Shown in pieces: positions 1 to 10,447 of a stretch of 64,000 nt of DNA (positions within the stretch are counted from its first letter, which is position 1; each line of letters begins with the position of its first letter). Location: assembly GCF_988243305.1 (NCBI RefSeq), contig NZ_OZ547136.1; one strand, written 5' to 3'. A program made the position numbers and the translations under genes. The notes below the pieces were generated by a model, which worked only from the letters and a program-made list of their open reading frames with translations, searched no databases and was not told the origin of the DNA.

Positions 1-579
1 TGACAGCAACTGATCCTGACCGAGCTTAAAGCCATAGGCTTTTTCAAACGCGGGTAACGCATCGGCGCGTTCGATAAACTCTGCTGAGGCAGCCAGTTTG
101 AAGGTGCCGCCCTCTTTCAGATAACGACTCAGGTCAGCAAGCGAAGTGAGTTTGTTTTTCTCTGCCACATCCTGACGCACGGCGATGGTCCAGGTGTTAT
201 TCGCAGGTGCGGGCGTCAGCCAGATTAACTTGTTTTGCTCTGCATCGAGCTTTTTGACTTTCTCGTAGCCCTGCCCGGCATTTTTCCATGCCGCATCGTT
301 TTCATCTTTAAAGAAAAACGCGCCATTGCCGGTATATTCCGGATAGATATCCAGTTCACCGGAAGTAATCGCCCCGCGCACCACGGGAGTCGTTCCCAGT
401 TGCACTTTATTTACCGTAGGAACACCGTGACTTTCCAGCACCTGCAAAATGATATTGCCGAGCAGCGCGCCTTCGGTATCGATTTTTGAACCGACCTTAA
501 CGGGGGAAGCCGCCTGTAGCGGCAGGCTCACGGCTGCCATCAGAACCAGTGAACCTGCCCAGACCTTTGAGAGTGGCAT
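1..579 (-). CDS. osmF: Glycine betaine/osmoprotectant ABC transporter periplasmic binding protein, 5-prime part only (C-terminus lies beyond window start)
   Basis: Minus-strand translation from the ATG at 577-579 gives MPLSKVWAGSLVLMAAVSLPLQAASPVKVGSKIDTEG..., matching OsmF/YehZ; ORF runs off the window edge. Confidence 0.85.
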   Translation of the reverse strand, partial: MPLSKVWAGSLVLMAAVSLPLQAASPVKVGSKIDTEGALLGNIILQVLESHGVPTVNKVQLGTTPVVRGAITSGELDIYPEYTGNGAFFFKDENDAAWKNAGQGYEKVKKLDAEQNKLIWLTPAPANNTWTIAVRQDVAEKNKLTSLADLSRYLKEGGTFKLAASAEFIERADALPAFEKAYGFKLGQDQLLS

Positions 580-704
580 GATGCTTTCCTCATTCTTTTA
601 CTGTTGTTTTCAGCGAATTAAGAGAAAAGCATAGTTGATAATGGCGGGGTTAGCCTGAGCGGAAGGATTCAGTTGCAGAATCAGATAAATACTTAAGAGG
701 CATA

Positions 705-760
705 TTCGGTCCGGCGTTTCCTGCCGGATGCGGCGCGAGCGCCTTATCCGGCCTACAAAG
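705..760. repeat. REP-type extragenic palindrome between osmF and bglX
   Basis: GC-rich imperfect palindrome tgccggatgcggcgcgagcgccttatccggcctaca in an intergenic gap. Confidence 0.6.
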
Positions 761-830
761 GGCGAAAATTCAGCAAGTTAAGATATGAACATCAGGCAAA
801 GGGCGCAAACGTCGCGCCCTTACTAAAGCA

Positions 831-3128
831 TTACAGCAACTCAAACTCGCCTTTCTTAACGCGTGCGGAATCAGTGCCGATAAAGACATTGAACTTGCCA
901 GGCTCGGCGTCATATTTCATCTGTTGATTCCAGAACTTCAGCGCCTCAATATCAATCGGGAAGCTGACGGTCTGGGTTTCGCCTGGTTTCAGGGTGATTT
1001 TCTCAAAGCCTTTCAGCTGCTTCACCGGACGACTCATGGAAGCCGTCACATCCTGCAAGTACATCTGCACTACCGTCGCCCCTTCGCGCTTACCGGTGTT
1101 CGTCACCTGCACACTGGCGGTCACTTTGCCGTCACGCTTCATGGTCGGCGCAGAAAGTTTCACATCAGAGACGGTGAAAGTGGTATAGCTCAGACCATAG
1201 CCGAACGGATAAAGCGCCCCGTTAGCTTCATCAAAATAACGCGAAGTGTATTTGTTCGGCTTGTCGGCATTATACGGACGCCCGGTGTTCAGATGGCTGT
1301 AGTACACCGGGATCTGCCCGACAGAACGCGGGAAGGACATCGGCAGCTTGCCGGACGGGTTGTAATCGCCAAACAATACATCGGCAATCGCATTCCCCCC
1401 TTCAGTCCCCGCAAACCAGGTTTCCAGAATCGCATCAGCCTGCTGATCTTCTTTCACCAGCGCCAGCGGACGCCCATTCATCAGCACCAGCACCAGCGGT
1501 TTACCGGTGGCTTTCAGCGCCGCAATCAAGTCACGTTGGCTTTGCGGAATAGTGATATCGGTACGGCTGGAAGCCTCGTGCGCCATCCCCTGTGCTTCAC
1601 CGACCACAGCCACCACCACATCAGATTGTTTCGCGGTTTGCACCGCTTCATCAATCATCTCTTGCGGCGAGCGCGGGTCGACTTTGACCGCCTCTTCATA
1701 CTGATTCAGGAAATCGATAATGCCTTTGTCACTGGTAACGTTCGCCCCTTTGGCGTACAGCACTTTACCGTTTTCACCGACGGCATTTTTAATCCCGGTC
1801 AGTACGGTCACGGATTGATCGGCAACACCGGCTGCGGACCAGCTGCCCATCACGTCACGTTTGCTGTCTGCCAGTGGCCCAACCACCGCAATGGTGGCTG
1901 ATTTTTTCAGCGGTAACGTTTCGAGACGGTTTTTCAGTAACACCAGGCTTTCGCGTGCCACTTCACGCGCTTCTTTACGGTGCAGGCGGCTTTCGGCATT
2001 GGTATCCACCGGGTCAGACTCTTTCGGACCGAGATGGCTGTACGGGTCGTTAAACAACCCCATATCATATTTAACGTTCAGTACATGACGGGCAGCGTCA
2101 TCCAGCTCTTCCATCGTCACTTTGCCGGATTTGATCAACCCAGGCAGATACTTCGAGTAATACTCGTCGCTCATACTCATGTTGATGCCGGATTTCAGCG
2201 CCACGCGCACCGCATCTTCCGGGTCTGCCGCCGTGCCATGTTTAATCAGCTCTTTGATTGCGCCGTGATCGGAAACGGTGATGCCTTTAAAGCCCCACTG
2301 GTCGCGCAGAACATCTTTCAGCAGCCAGGAGTCGGAGGTGGCTGGCGTACCGTTCAGCGAGTTCAGCGCCACCATCACCGCGCCGCTGCCTGCGTCCAGC
2401 CCCGCTTTGTACGGCGGCATATAATCATTAAACAGGCGCTGCGGACTCATATCGACGGTGTTGTACTCTTTACCGCCTTCTACCGCGCCGTATGCGGCAA
2501 AGTGTTTGACGCTGGTCATCACCGAGTAGCGATCTGCCGGGCTTTTACCCTGCATCGCTTCCACCATGGTTTTACCCATTGTTGAAGTGAGATACGTATC
2601 TTCGCCAAAACCTTCGGAAGCACGTCCCCAGCGCGGATCGCGCGAGACATCGACCATCGGTGCCCAGGTCATATTCAGGCCATCATCTGCCGCTTCATAA
2701 GCAGAGACACGTCCGACCGTTTTCACCGCATCGAGGTTAAAAGACGAGGCCAGACCGAGGCTAATCGGGAACACCGTGCGCTGACCGTGCAGCACGTCGT
2801 AAGCAAAGAAAAGAGGAATTTTCAGGCGGCTTAATTCCATCACCTGATCCTGCATGGCGCGGATATCCTGACGGGTTACGGTGTTGAAAATCGCCCCAAC
2901 CTGCCCGTCTTTGATCATCTCGCGGATCGCCTCTTTCGGATTATCCGGGCCGACGCTGATTAAGCGCAGCTGACCAATTTTCTCATCAACCGTCATTTTC
3001 TTAAGCAGTTCGGTGACGAACGCATCCCGCGCTTCAGGCGTTAAGGGATGGTTACCGAATAAATCATCCGCCAGTGCTGGCTGCAGGGCCAGACTCACCG
3101 CGATTCCTACTGAACATAGCCATTTCAT
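831..3128 (-). CDS. bglX: Periplasmic beta-D-glucoside glucohydrolase (GH3)
   Basis: 765-aa product starting MKWLCSVGIAVSLALQPALA (signal peptide); ORF-track N-terminal extension rejected. Confidence 0.95.
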   Translation of the reverse strand: MKWLCSVGIAVSLALQPALADDLFGNHPLTPEARDAFVTELLKKMTVDEKIGQLRLISVGPDNPKEAIREMIKDGQVGAIFNTVTRQDIRAMQDQVMELSRLKIPLFFAYDVLHGQRTVFPISLGLASSFNLDAVKTVGRVSAYEAADDGLNMTWAPMVDVSRDPRWGRASEGFGEDTYLTSTMGKTMVEAMQGKSPADRYSVMTSVKHFAAYGAVEGGKEYNTVDMSPQRLFNDYMPPYKAGLDAGSGAVMVALNSLNGTPATSDSWLLKDVLRDQWGFKGITVSDHGAIKELIKHGTAADPEDAVRVALKSGINMSMSDEYYSKYLPGLIKSGKVTMEELDDAARHVLNVKYDMGLFNDPYSHLGPKESDPVDTNAESRLHRKEAREVARESLVLLKNRLETLPLKKSATIAVVGPLADSKRDVMGSWSAAGVADQSVTVLTGIKNAVGENGKVLYAKGANVTSDKGIIDFLNQYEEAVKVDPRSPQEMIDEAVQTAKQSDVVVAVVGEAQGMAHEASSRTDITIPQSQRDLIAALKATGKPLVLVLMNGRPLALVKEDQQADAILETWFAGTEGGNAIADVLFGDYNPSGKLPMSFPRSVGQIPVYYSHLNTGRPYNADKPNKYTSRYFDEANGALYPFGYGLSYTTFTVSDVKLSAPTMKRDGKVTASVQVTNTGKREGATVVQMYLQDVTASMSRPVKQLKGFEKITLKPGETQTVSFPIDIEALKFWNQQMKYDAEPGKFNVFIGTDSARVKKGEFELL

Positions 3129-3323
3129 ATGGATTTTTCTTCCTCTGTTGCCCGACGAGGCAGCGAAAATGGTGCAAAAACCGTAGTTTGCCATAAGCAT
3201 GGTGGAGAGAGAAAAAGAATGCTCAGTTTATTGTCTGAATTTTCAAAATATTCACTCGCTGAATTGTCATACAAGGCGCTATTCTAGTTTGTGATATTTT
3301 TTCGCCACCACAAGGAGTGGAAA

Positions 3324-5039
3324 ATGTCTTCCATGACAACAACTGATAATAAAGCCTTTTTGAATGAACTTGCCCGACTGGTGGGTTCTTCACACCTGCT
3401 CACCGATCCCGCAAAAACGGCCCGCTATCGCAAGGGCTTCCGTTCTGGTCAGGGCGATGCACTGGCTGTCGTTTTCCCTGGCTCACTACTGGAATTGTGG
3501 CGGGTGCTGAAAGCCTGCGTCACCGCTGACAAAATTATTCTGATGCAGGCTGCCAATACAGGCCTGACCGAAGGATCGACGCCAAACGGTAACGATTATG
3601 ATCGCGATATCGTGATCATCAGCACCCTGCGTCTCGATAAGTTGCACGTCCTCGGTAAGGGCGAACAGGTGCTGGCCTATCCTGGCACCACGCTTTATTC
3701 GCTGGAAAAAGCCCTCAAACCTCTGGGACGCGAACCGCACTCAGTGATTGGATCATCGTGTATAGGCGCATCGGTCATCGGCGGTATTTGTAACAACTCC
3801 GGCGGCTCGCTGGTGCAACGTGGCCCGGCGTATACCGAAATGTCGTTATTCGCGCGTATAAATGAAGATGGCAAACTGACGCTGGTGAACCATCTGGGGA
3901 TTGATCTGGGCGAAACGCCGGAGCAGATCCTTAGCAAGCTGGATGACGATCGCATCAAAGATGACGATGTGCGCCACGATGGTCGTCACGCCCACGATTA
4001 TGACTATGTCCACCGCGTTCGTGATATTGAAGCCAACACGCCCGCACGTTATAACGCCGATCCGGATCGGTTATTTGAATCTTCTGGTTGCGCCGGGAAG
4101 CTGGCCGTCTTTGCGGTACGTCTTGATACCTTCGAAGCGGAAAAAAATCAGCAGGTGTTTTATATCGGCACCAACCAGCCGGAAGTACTGACCGAAATCC
4201 GCCGTCATATTCTGGCTAATTTCGAAAATCTGCCGGTTGCCGGGGAATATATGCACCGGGATATCTACGATATTGCGGAAAAATACGGCAAAGACACCTT
4301 CCTGATGATTGATAAGTTAGGCACCGACAAGATGCCGTTCTTCTTTAATCTCAAGGGGCGCACCGATGCGATGCTGGAGAAAGTGAAATTCTTCCGTCCG
4401 CATTTTACCGACCGTGCGATGCAAAAATTCGGTCACCTGTTCCCCAGCCATTTACCGCCGCGCATGAAAAACTGGCGCGATAAATACGAGCATCATCTGC
4501 TGTTAAAAATGGCGGGCGATGGCGTCGGTGAAGCCAAATCGTGGCTGGTGGATTATTTCAAACAGGCCGAAGGCGATTTCTTTGTCTGTACGCCGGAGGA
4601 AGGCAGCAAAGCGTTTTTACACCGTTTCGCCGCTGCGGGCGCAGCAATTCGTTATCAGGCGGTGCATTCCGATGAAGTCGAAGACATTCTGGCTCTGGAT
4701 ATTGCTCTCCGGCGTAATGACACCGAGTGGTATGAACATTTACCGCCGGAGATCGACAGCCAACTGGTGCACAAGCTCTATTACGGCCATTTTATGTGCT
4801 ATGTCTTCCATCAGGATTACATCGTTAAAAAAGGCGTGGATGTGCATGCGTTGAAAGAACAGATGCTGGAACTGCTACAGCAGCGCGGCGCGCAATACCC
4901 TGCCGAGCATAACGTCGGTCATTTGTATAAAGCACCGGAGACGTTGCAGAAGTTTTATCGCGAGAACGATCCGACCAACAGCATGAATCCGGGGATCGGT
5001 AAAACCAGTAAGCGGAAAAACTGGCAGGAAGTGGAGTAA
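3324..5039 (+). CDS. dld: FAD-dependent D-lactate dehydrogenase (quinone)
   Basis: 571-aa product starting MSSMTTTDNKAFLNELARLVG; ATG at 3324 is preceded by aaggagtgg RBS. Confidence 0.95.
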   Translation: MSSMTTTDNKAFLNELARLVGSSHLLTDPAKTARYRKGFRSGQGDALAVVFPGSLLELWRVLKACVTADKIILMQAANTGLTEGSTPNGNDYDRDIVIISTLRLDKLHVLGKGEQVLAYPGTTLYSLEKALKPLGREPHSVIGSSCIGASVIGGICNNSGGSLVQRGPAYTEMSLFARINEDGKLTLVNHLGIDLGETPEQILSKLDDDRIKDDDVRHDGRHAHDYDYVHRVRDIEANTPARYNADPDRLFESSGCAGKLAVFAVRLDTFEAEKNQQVFYIGTNQPEVLTEIRRHILANFENLPVAGEYMHRDIYDIAEKYGKDTFLMIDKLGTDKMPFFFNLKGRTDAMLEKVKFFRPHFTDRAMQKFGHLFPSHLPPRMKNWRDKYEHHLLLKMAGDGVGEAKSWLVDYFKQAEGDFFVCTPEEGSKAFLHRFAAAGAAIRYQAVHSDEVEDILALDIALRRNDTEWYEHLPPEIDSQLVHKLYYGHFMCYVFHQDYIVKKGVDVHALKEQMLELLQQRGAQYPAEHNVGHLYKAPETLQKFYRENDPTNSMNPGIGKTSKRKNWQEVE

Positions 5040-5044
5040 AAATT

Positions 5045-5070
5045 ACGGATGGCAGAGTATCGCCATCCGT
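5045..5070. terminator. Hairpin between convergent dld and pbpG, probable bidirectional terminator
   Basis: acggatggc-agagtatc-gccatccgt stem-loop immediately after the dld stop. Confidence 0.55.
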
Positions 5071-5077
5071 CATTCAT

Positions 5078-6010
5078 TTAATCGTTCTGTGCCGTCTGCC
5101 CCGCCGCCGCCATCTGGGCGGCTTTTTGTTTTTTATAGCTCAACGCTGCTGCCGGAACAGGCATCACTTTACCGGTTTCAATCCAGGTACGCAGGCGGCT
5201 GGCATCGGCAAAATGGGTATATTTGCCAAACGCGTCCATCACTACCAGCGCCACCGGTTTATTATTGATAACCGTACGCATCACCAGACAATGGCCCGCC
5301 GCATTGGTAAAGCCGGTTTTGGTTAACTGAATATTCCAGTTATCGCGATACACCAGATGGTTAGTATTGCGGAACGGCAGCGTATACGTCGGGTTAGAGA
5401 AGGTTGCCATATCTTCCCGGGTAGTACTTAACTGCCCGATCAACGGATATTGTTTGCTGGCAATGAGCAGTTTGGTTAAGTCACGGGCGGTTGAAACGTT
5501 ATGCACCGACAATCCGGTCGGTTCAACAAAGCGCGTGTTGTTCATTCCGAGCGATTTCGCTTTCGCATTCATCGCCTTAATAAAGGCTTTGTAACCACCG
5601 GGATAATGGTGCGCAAGGCTTGCCGCCGCGCGGTTTTCTGAAGACATCAGCGCCAACAACAGCATATCTTTACGGCTGATTTCGCTGTTCAGTCGTACGC
5701 GCGAATAGACCCCTTTCATCTCCGGCGTCTGGCTGATATCCACTTTTAGTTTTTCATCCAGCGGCAGTCGCGCATCCAGCACGACCATCGCGGTCATTAA
5801 TTTGCTGATAGACGCAATCGGACGCACCAGATCCGGGTGGTTCGAATAGATCACTTTGTTGGTATTCAGATCAACAATCATCGCGCTACCGGAGGCAATT
5901 TCCGGCTGTGAAGCGGTGGTAGCGGCTGCCGTTTTCGCAACGGCCTGCGGTGCCAAAGGCACAGCCAGCATCAGGGCCAGGCTAAATAAAGAAACTCGAA
6001 ATTTCGGCAT
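5078..6010 (-). CDS. pbpG: D-alanyl-D-alanine endopeptidase, penicillin-binding protein 7
   Basis: Product [18 protein letters not shown]... with signal peptide; 310 aa. Confidence 0.9.
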   Translation of the reverse strand: MPKFRVSLFSLALMLAVPLAPQAVAKTAAATTASQPEIASGSAMIVDLNTNKVIYSNHPDLVRPIASISKLMTAMVVLDARLPLDEKLKVDISQTPEMKGVYSRVRLNSEISRKDMLLLALMSSENRAAASLAHHYPGGYKAFIKAMNAKAKSLGMNNTRFVEPTGLSVHNVSTARDLTKLLIASKQYPLIGQLSTTREDMATFSNPTYTLPFRNTNHLVYRDNWNIQLTKTGFTNAAGHCLVMRTVINNKPVALVVMDAFGKYTHFADASRLRTWIETGKVMPVPAAALSYKKQKAAQMAAAGQTAQND

Positions 6011-6183
6011 GATGAGCATTCAGATAGTGGTTCACGCGCACGGGTTGCGCACCGCCGGAGTAAGGATTTACTGAGGCTAGCGACGCCATCATAACGAGCA
6101 AAAAGTGCGATCGTCAAAGGAGAATCGTGAGGAAATGCTGCATTGCTGACATTTACGCCAGCAATGCAACACAAAAGAACTTT

Positions 6184-6771
6184 CTAGAACAAACGATAAC
6201 CGTAACCCCATAGTATAACGGTAAGGGCGAGCAGCACTTCCAGCACCAGCACGCCTATCGCCAGCGTCGAACTGGAGAAGCTAAGGCCTTCCTCTTTGTT
6301 GATATTCAGGAAGCTCGGAATACCGAGGTAAAGCAGGTAGCCGGTGTAAAACAGCGCCACCGTGCCGACCAGCGCACACAACCAGACCAGCGGATAAAGC
6401 GCCACCAGACCGCTTAAAAACAGCGGAGTTGCAACGTAGCCCGCGAAGACCATGCAGTGCGCAAGTGACGGACGCTGCGGATAATTACGCGCCATCCACC
6501 AGATGACCCGCCCCATCACCGCGACCCCAGCGAGCATAACGCCATAAAACAGGACAGCCAGCGCCAGTCCGGTAAACCAGGATAACTTCAGGATAGTGCC
6601 ATCGCCAAAATTCCAGCCAATTTGTGTGGTGCCAATGAAGGCGCAAATCACCGGAATCGCCGCCATCAGCAAAACGTGGTGGGTGTAGTGATGAGAAATC
6701 GTTTCGTTTTCGCGATTAATCACCTGCATTTCACGATCGGGATGGGAAAACAGTCCCCAGACATGGCTCAT
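6184..6771 (-). CDS. yohC: Inner membrane protein, Yip1-like
   Basis: Product MSHVWGLFSHPDREMQVINR..., multi-span hydrophobic, 195 aa. Confidence 0.85.
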   Translation of the reverse strand: MSHVWGLFSHPDREMQVINRENETISHHYTHHVLLMAAIPVICAFIGTTQIGWNFGDGTILKLSWFTGLALAVLFYGVMLAGVAVMGRVIWWMARNYPQRPSLAHCMVFAGYVATPLFLSGLVALYPLVWLCALVGTVALFYTGYLLYLGIPSFLNINKEEGLSFSSSTLAIGVLVLEVLLALTVILWGYGYRLF

Positions 6772-6940
6772 ACCGCCCCCTTGTTGTGAGTTCATGAACC
6801 TGACAGTTCAAGTATAAGTCAGCTTGTGATTATTTTTTGTTCACTCATGTAATTTGCACCGTCTGATGTACGTCCTTTTTCAGCGTGAACTATTCACAGG
6901 GTGTATGCTTACAGGCAAGCAAAGGGAGACAGACTGGCCT

Positions 6941-7519
6941 ATGGATCTCAATACACTCATCTCACAATATGGTTATGCCGCGCTGGTGATCGGTAGCCTG
7001 GCGGAAGGTGAAACCGTGACTTTGCTGGGAGGCGTTGCGGCACATCAGGGGCTATTAAAGTTCCCGCTGGTGGTACTTTCTGTGGCGCTTGGCGGCATGA
7101 TTGGCGACCAGGTGCTTTATCTGTGCGGGCGGCGGTTTGGCGGCAAGCTGTTACGCCGTTTCTCGAAACATCAGGATAAAATTGAGCGGGCGCAGAAACT
7201 TATCCAACGCCATCCGTATCTGTTTGTCATTGGTACGCGTTTTATGTATGGCTTTAGGGTGATTGGCCCGACGCTGATTGGTGCCAGCCAGCTGCCGCCG
7301 AAAATCTTTCTGCCACTGAATATCCTTGGCGCATTTGCCTGGGCGTTGATTTTTACCACTATCGGTTACGCTGGTGGTCAGGTGATTGCGCCGTGGTTGC
7401 ACAATCTCGACCAGCATTTGAAGCACTGGGTCTGGTTGATTCTGGTCGTGGTTCTGGTGGTAGGCGTGCGCTGGTGGCTGAAACGGCGCGGGAAGAAAAA
7501 GCCGGATAATCAGGCGTAA
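6941..7519 (+). CDS. yohD: DedA-family inner membrane protein
   Basis: Product MDLNTLISQYGYAALVIGSLAEGE...; ATG at 6941 is preceded by aaagggag RBS; 192 aa. Confidence 0.85.
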   Translation: MDLNTLISQYGYAALVIGSLAEGETVTLLGGVAAHQGLLKFPLVVLSVALGGMIGDQVLYLCGRRFGGKLLRRFSKHQDKIERAQKLIQRHPYLFVIGTRFMYGFRVIGPTLIGASQLPPKIFLPLNILGAFAWALIFTTIGYAGGQVIAPWLHNLDQHLKHWVWLILVVVLVVGVRWWLKRRGKKKPDNQA

Positions 7520-7524
7520 AGCAG

Positions 7525-7610
7525 TTGCCACAGATAAGCATTCACGCCACATCCGGCACCGGGTGTTCCATGCCTGATGCGACGCTGGCGTGTCTTATCT
7601 GGCCTAACCC
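7525..7610. repeat. REP element(s) between yohD and yohF
   Basis: Palindromic units ...cacgccacatccggcaccgg... and ...gcctgatgcgacgctggcgtgtcttatctggcc... Confidence 0.6.
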
Positions 7611-7637
7611 AATGAAATATCCACGCACCTCACTGCG

Positions 7638-8399
7638 CTATTCTGGGTTGAACTGCGGATTCGCCAACATAAAGCCGCCATCCACTATCAACGACTGCCC
7701 GGTGGTGTAATTTGCGCCCTCTGAGCACAGCCACGCTACCAGGCTGGCAATCTCATGCGTTGCGCCAAAACGCCGCAAGGGAATCGAAGGCTCCGCGCCG
7801 GGCTTCACGTCGCCATCATCCATGCCGTTCATTGGCGTGGCGATCGCCCCAGGTGCAACCGCATTCACCAAAATCTTATGCCTGACCAGCTCCAGCGCCA
7901 TCGCTTTGGTTAACCCGCCGAGCGCATGTTTAGCGGCTGTGTAGGCGCTGGCATCCGGCAACGGCGTATGTTCATGCACCGACGTAATGTTGATGATGCG
8001 ACCACCCTGCCCTTGTTTCACCATCTGGCGGGCAGCAATTTGCGAGCATAAAAATGCACCATCGACATCAACGGTAAAAATCTTGCGCCACTCATCGAAA
8101 GCCATATCAAGAAACGGCGCTTTGGTCATTGCGCCCGCATTATTCACCAGCACATCAATACGCCCCAGCCGTTGAATGAGTTTCTCCAGCGCCAGTGCCC
8201 CTTCTGGTAGATTGCCGAGATCCAGCTGCACGATCTCCGCACGTACGCCGTGGCTAACCACCTCACGCGCGGTATCTTTTGCCCCTTCTTCATCAGAGTG
8301 CCAGGTAATACCAATATCAAACCCCTGCTGCGCCAGTAATAACGCGCACTCTTTGCCGATCCCCGAATCGGAGGCGGTAATAATCGCGACCTGTGCCAT
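7638..8399 (-). CDS. yohF: Short-chain dehydrogenase/reductase family oxidoreductase
   Basis: Product MAQVAIITASDSGIGKECALLLAQQGFDIGITW... with the SDR TGxxxGxG and NNAG motifs. Confidence 0.9.
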   Translation of the reverse strand: MAQVAIITASDSGIGKECALLLAQQGFDIGITWHSDEEGAKDTAREVVSHGVRAEIVQLDLGNLPEGALALEKLIQRLGRIDVLVNNAGAMTKAPFLDMAFDEWRKIFTVDVDGAFLCSQIAARQMVKQGQGGRIINITSVHEHTPLPDASAYTAAKHALGGLTKAMALELVRHKILVNAVAPGAIATPMNGMDDGDVKPGAEPSIPLRRFGATHEIASLVAWLCSEGANYTTGQSLIVDGGFMLANPQFNPE

Positions 8400-8451
8400 C
8401 GAGTTCTCCACTTAACGCTGAATAAACGTTAAGTATAGAAGGCGCATATCA

Positions 8452-9888
8452 TCAACGTTTGTAACCCCCGCCCAACGCACCAGTGAGTTGAATGGAGGCA
8501 TCCAGCCACTGCCCTTGCAATAACAGGCCATTGGCCCGCTCACGCAGCGCGGGGATTCTGGCTTCGCTGACGCGGGAACCCGCAATGATGCCCGCGTTAA
8601 AGCGCGCCTGCGCAAGACCTACTACACGCAAGGCATCGCGCTCAATTTGCGCCTGATGCTGGTTTTTCTCCGCCAGTGTCTGAACCTGACTAGCTGCCCG
8701 CGCCACGTCATTCACCGCTTCAACCACCGCTTTGTTGTAGCTGGCGATAGACAAGTTGCTTTCGGCTTTTGCGATATCGAGGTTGGCGTTAAGACGGCCA
8801 CTATCGAAAATGGGTAGCGTCAGGCCTGCCGTAACGCCCATTTGCTGCGCGGAATGACGGAACAGATCGCTTAAGTGCAACGCATCCTGTTGCAGGAAGG
8901 CCATCAGGTTGATGTCAGGATAAAATGCCGCTTTTGCCGCATCAATAGTGCTTAACGATGACTCAACGTACCAGTGCGCCGCCTGCAAATCTGCCCGCCG
9001 GGCCAGTAAGGAGTACCCCAGTTCATCAGGAAGCTGGCTTGCCACTTTCGGCAACGCGACCGGATTAAGCTTCAATGCCTTTGTCTGGTGATTTGTAAGT
9101 GCGCTTAACCGTGCCTCAATAATTTTCATTTTCCCCGCGACATCGTTGAGCTGCTGCCGGGTTTTGCTGGCATTAATATCGGTTTCCACACCTTCAACTG
9201 AAGAAGTAATCCCGTTCTGATATAGCTGGCGATCGGTGGCGATAATGGTGTTCTGCTCTTTTTCGATTTGCTGTAAGACAGTGTTTAACGCCGCCTGGGT
9301 TTGCCACTCCCAGTACAGGCGGGCTACGCTGCCAGCCAGCAATTGGCGGGTTTGCTCGCGTTCCGCCGCTCGTGCTTTAACCGTACCCAGGCGAGCAGTA
9401 ACCTCCGCCCGATTCTTTCCCCAGATATCGAGATGCCAGCCCGCCGTTAAGCCAAAAGTACCGTTGGTGTACCACGGACCGGTCGTACCTGCGGCAGGAT
9501 CGTTCAGAGCAAACGGCCCCATTAACCCTTCTGCCGACATTTTTTGCCGCTCCATATCCGCAGAAAAGTCGATCTGCGGACCATCCTGAGTGGCAACTGC
9601 CTTCGCCTGGGCTTCAGCCAGCTGAATGCGCTGTTCAGCCACCTGCATATCCGGTGCGTTCTGTAGTGCATTGTTAATTAAGGAAGTGAGCTGATTATCG
9701 TGATACTTCAGCCACCATTGGCTGTCTGGCCAACCATTTTTCAGCGCCGTGGGTAATGCGGTGTCAACTTGCACAGCGGGCGTTTGCTGGCTTAACGCCT
9801 GGCGGGTTTCATGCATAGGCGCACACCCGGCCAGCATCAGTAACAGCGGAAAACAGGCGATGGCGGGATAAAAGGAATCACGATTCAT
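8452..9888 (-). CDS. mdtQ: Outer-membrane efflux lipoprotein (OprM/NodT family); reads as an intact 478-codon ORF here
   Basis: Product MNRDSFYPAIACFPLLLMLAGCAP... (lipobox LAGC), uninterrupted to ...LTGALGGGYKR; outer membrane factor family by similarity. Confidence 0.8.
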   Translation of the reverse strand: MNRDSFYPAIACFPLLLMLAGCAPMHETRQALSQQTPAVQVDTALPTALKNGWPDSQWWLKYHDNQLTSLINNALQNAPDMQVAEQRIQLAEAQAKAVATQDGPQIDFSADMERQKMSAEGLMGPFALNDPAAGTTGPWYTNGTFGLTAGWHLDIWGKNRAEVTARLGTVKARAAEREQTRQLLAGSVARLYWEWQTQAALNTVLQQIEKEQNTIIATDRQLYQNGITSSVEGVETDINASKTRQQLNDVAGKMKIIEARLSALTNHQTKALKLNPVALPKVASQLPDELGYSLLARRADLQAAHWYVESSLSTIDAAKAAFYPDINLMAFLQQDALHLSDLFRHSAQQMGVTAGLTLPIFDSGRLNANLDIAKAESNLSIASYNKAVVEAVNDVARAASQVQTLAEKNQHQAQIERDALRVVGLAQARFNAGIIAGSRVSEARIPALRERANGLLLQGQWLDASIQLTGALGGGYKR

Positions 9889-10111
9889 GGGGGAATAATC
9901 AGGTAAGAAAAGGTGCGCGGAGATTACCGTGTGTTGCGATATATTTTTTAGTTTCGCGTGGCAAAACATCAGTGGCAATAATATGACATATCCAGAAAAA
10001 TATACACTAAGTGAATGATATCTTCCGATTTATCTTAATCGTTTATGAATAACGGCAAAGGGCTTCGTTTTTTCCTATACTTATTCAGCACTCACAAATA
10101 AAGGAACGCCA

Positions 10112-10195
10112 ATGAAAATTATACTCTGGGCTGTATTGATTATTTTCCTGATTGGGCTACTGGTGGTGACTGGCGTATTTAAGATGATATTTTAA
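10112..10195 (+). CDS. yohP: Small hydrophobic membrane protein, 27 aa
   Basis: ATG at 10112 preceded by aaggaa RBS; product MKIILWAVLIIFLIGLLVVTGVFKMIF. Confidence 0.75.
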   Translation: MKIILWAVLIIFLIGLLVVTGVFKMIF

Positions 10196-10447
10196 AATTA
10201 ATTAATGTCATCAGATCCGAAAATAACGAGAATATTTCAGTCTCTCATCCTGTTGCGCTCCTGTCATGTGCATTGCTTCATATAATCACTGGCGCAAGGA
10301 GCGCGCAGGGGGCGACCAATCGCCGCTGCGCGGTGCCCTCGGCTTATCCCTTACGGCTACCGGGTCGGCGATTTTGACGCCACCAAACAACCGTGCGGCC
10401 TATTGATAAAGAGCTAACACATTGTCAAAAAACATCACTATGGTTTT

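Noticed and set aside
924-2585. Long plus-strand ORFs (325 aa and 201 aa) inside the bglX region
   Set aside because: They lie antisense to the well-supported bglX CDS, have Arg/His-rich low-complexity translations typical of shadow ORFs in GC-rich coding DNA, and have no RBS or recognisable family.
3129-3200. N-terminal extensions proposed by the ORF track for bglX, dld, pbpG, yohC, yohD, yohF, dusC, yohJ, preA, galS, cirA, yeiL, yeiW, yeiQ, lpxT, yejA, yejF, rsuA, rplY and mdtQ (the bglX extension is the one shown)
   Set aside because: In each case an internal ATG (or GTG) gives the known N-terminus and is better placed relative to a Shine-Dalgarno sequence; the upstream extension lacks an RBS and/or would delete a signal peptide.
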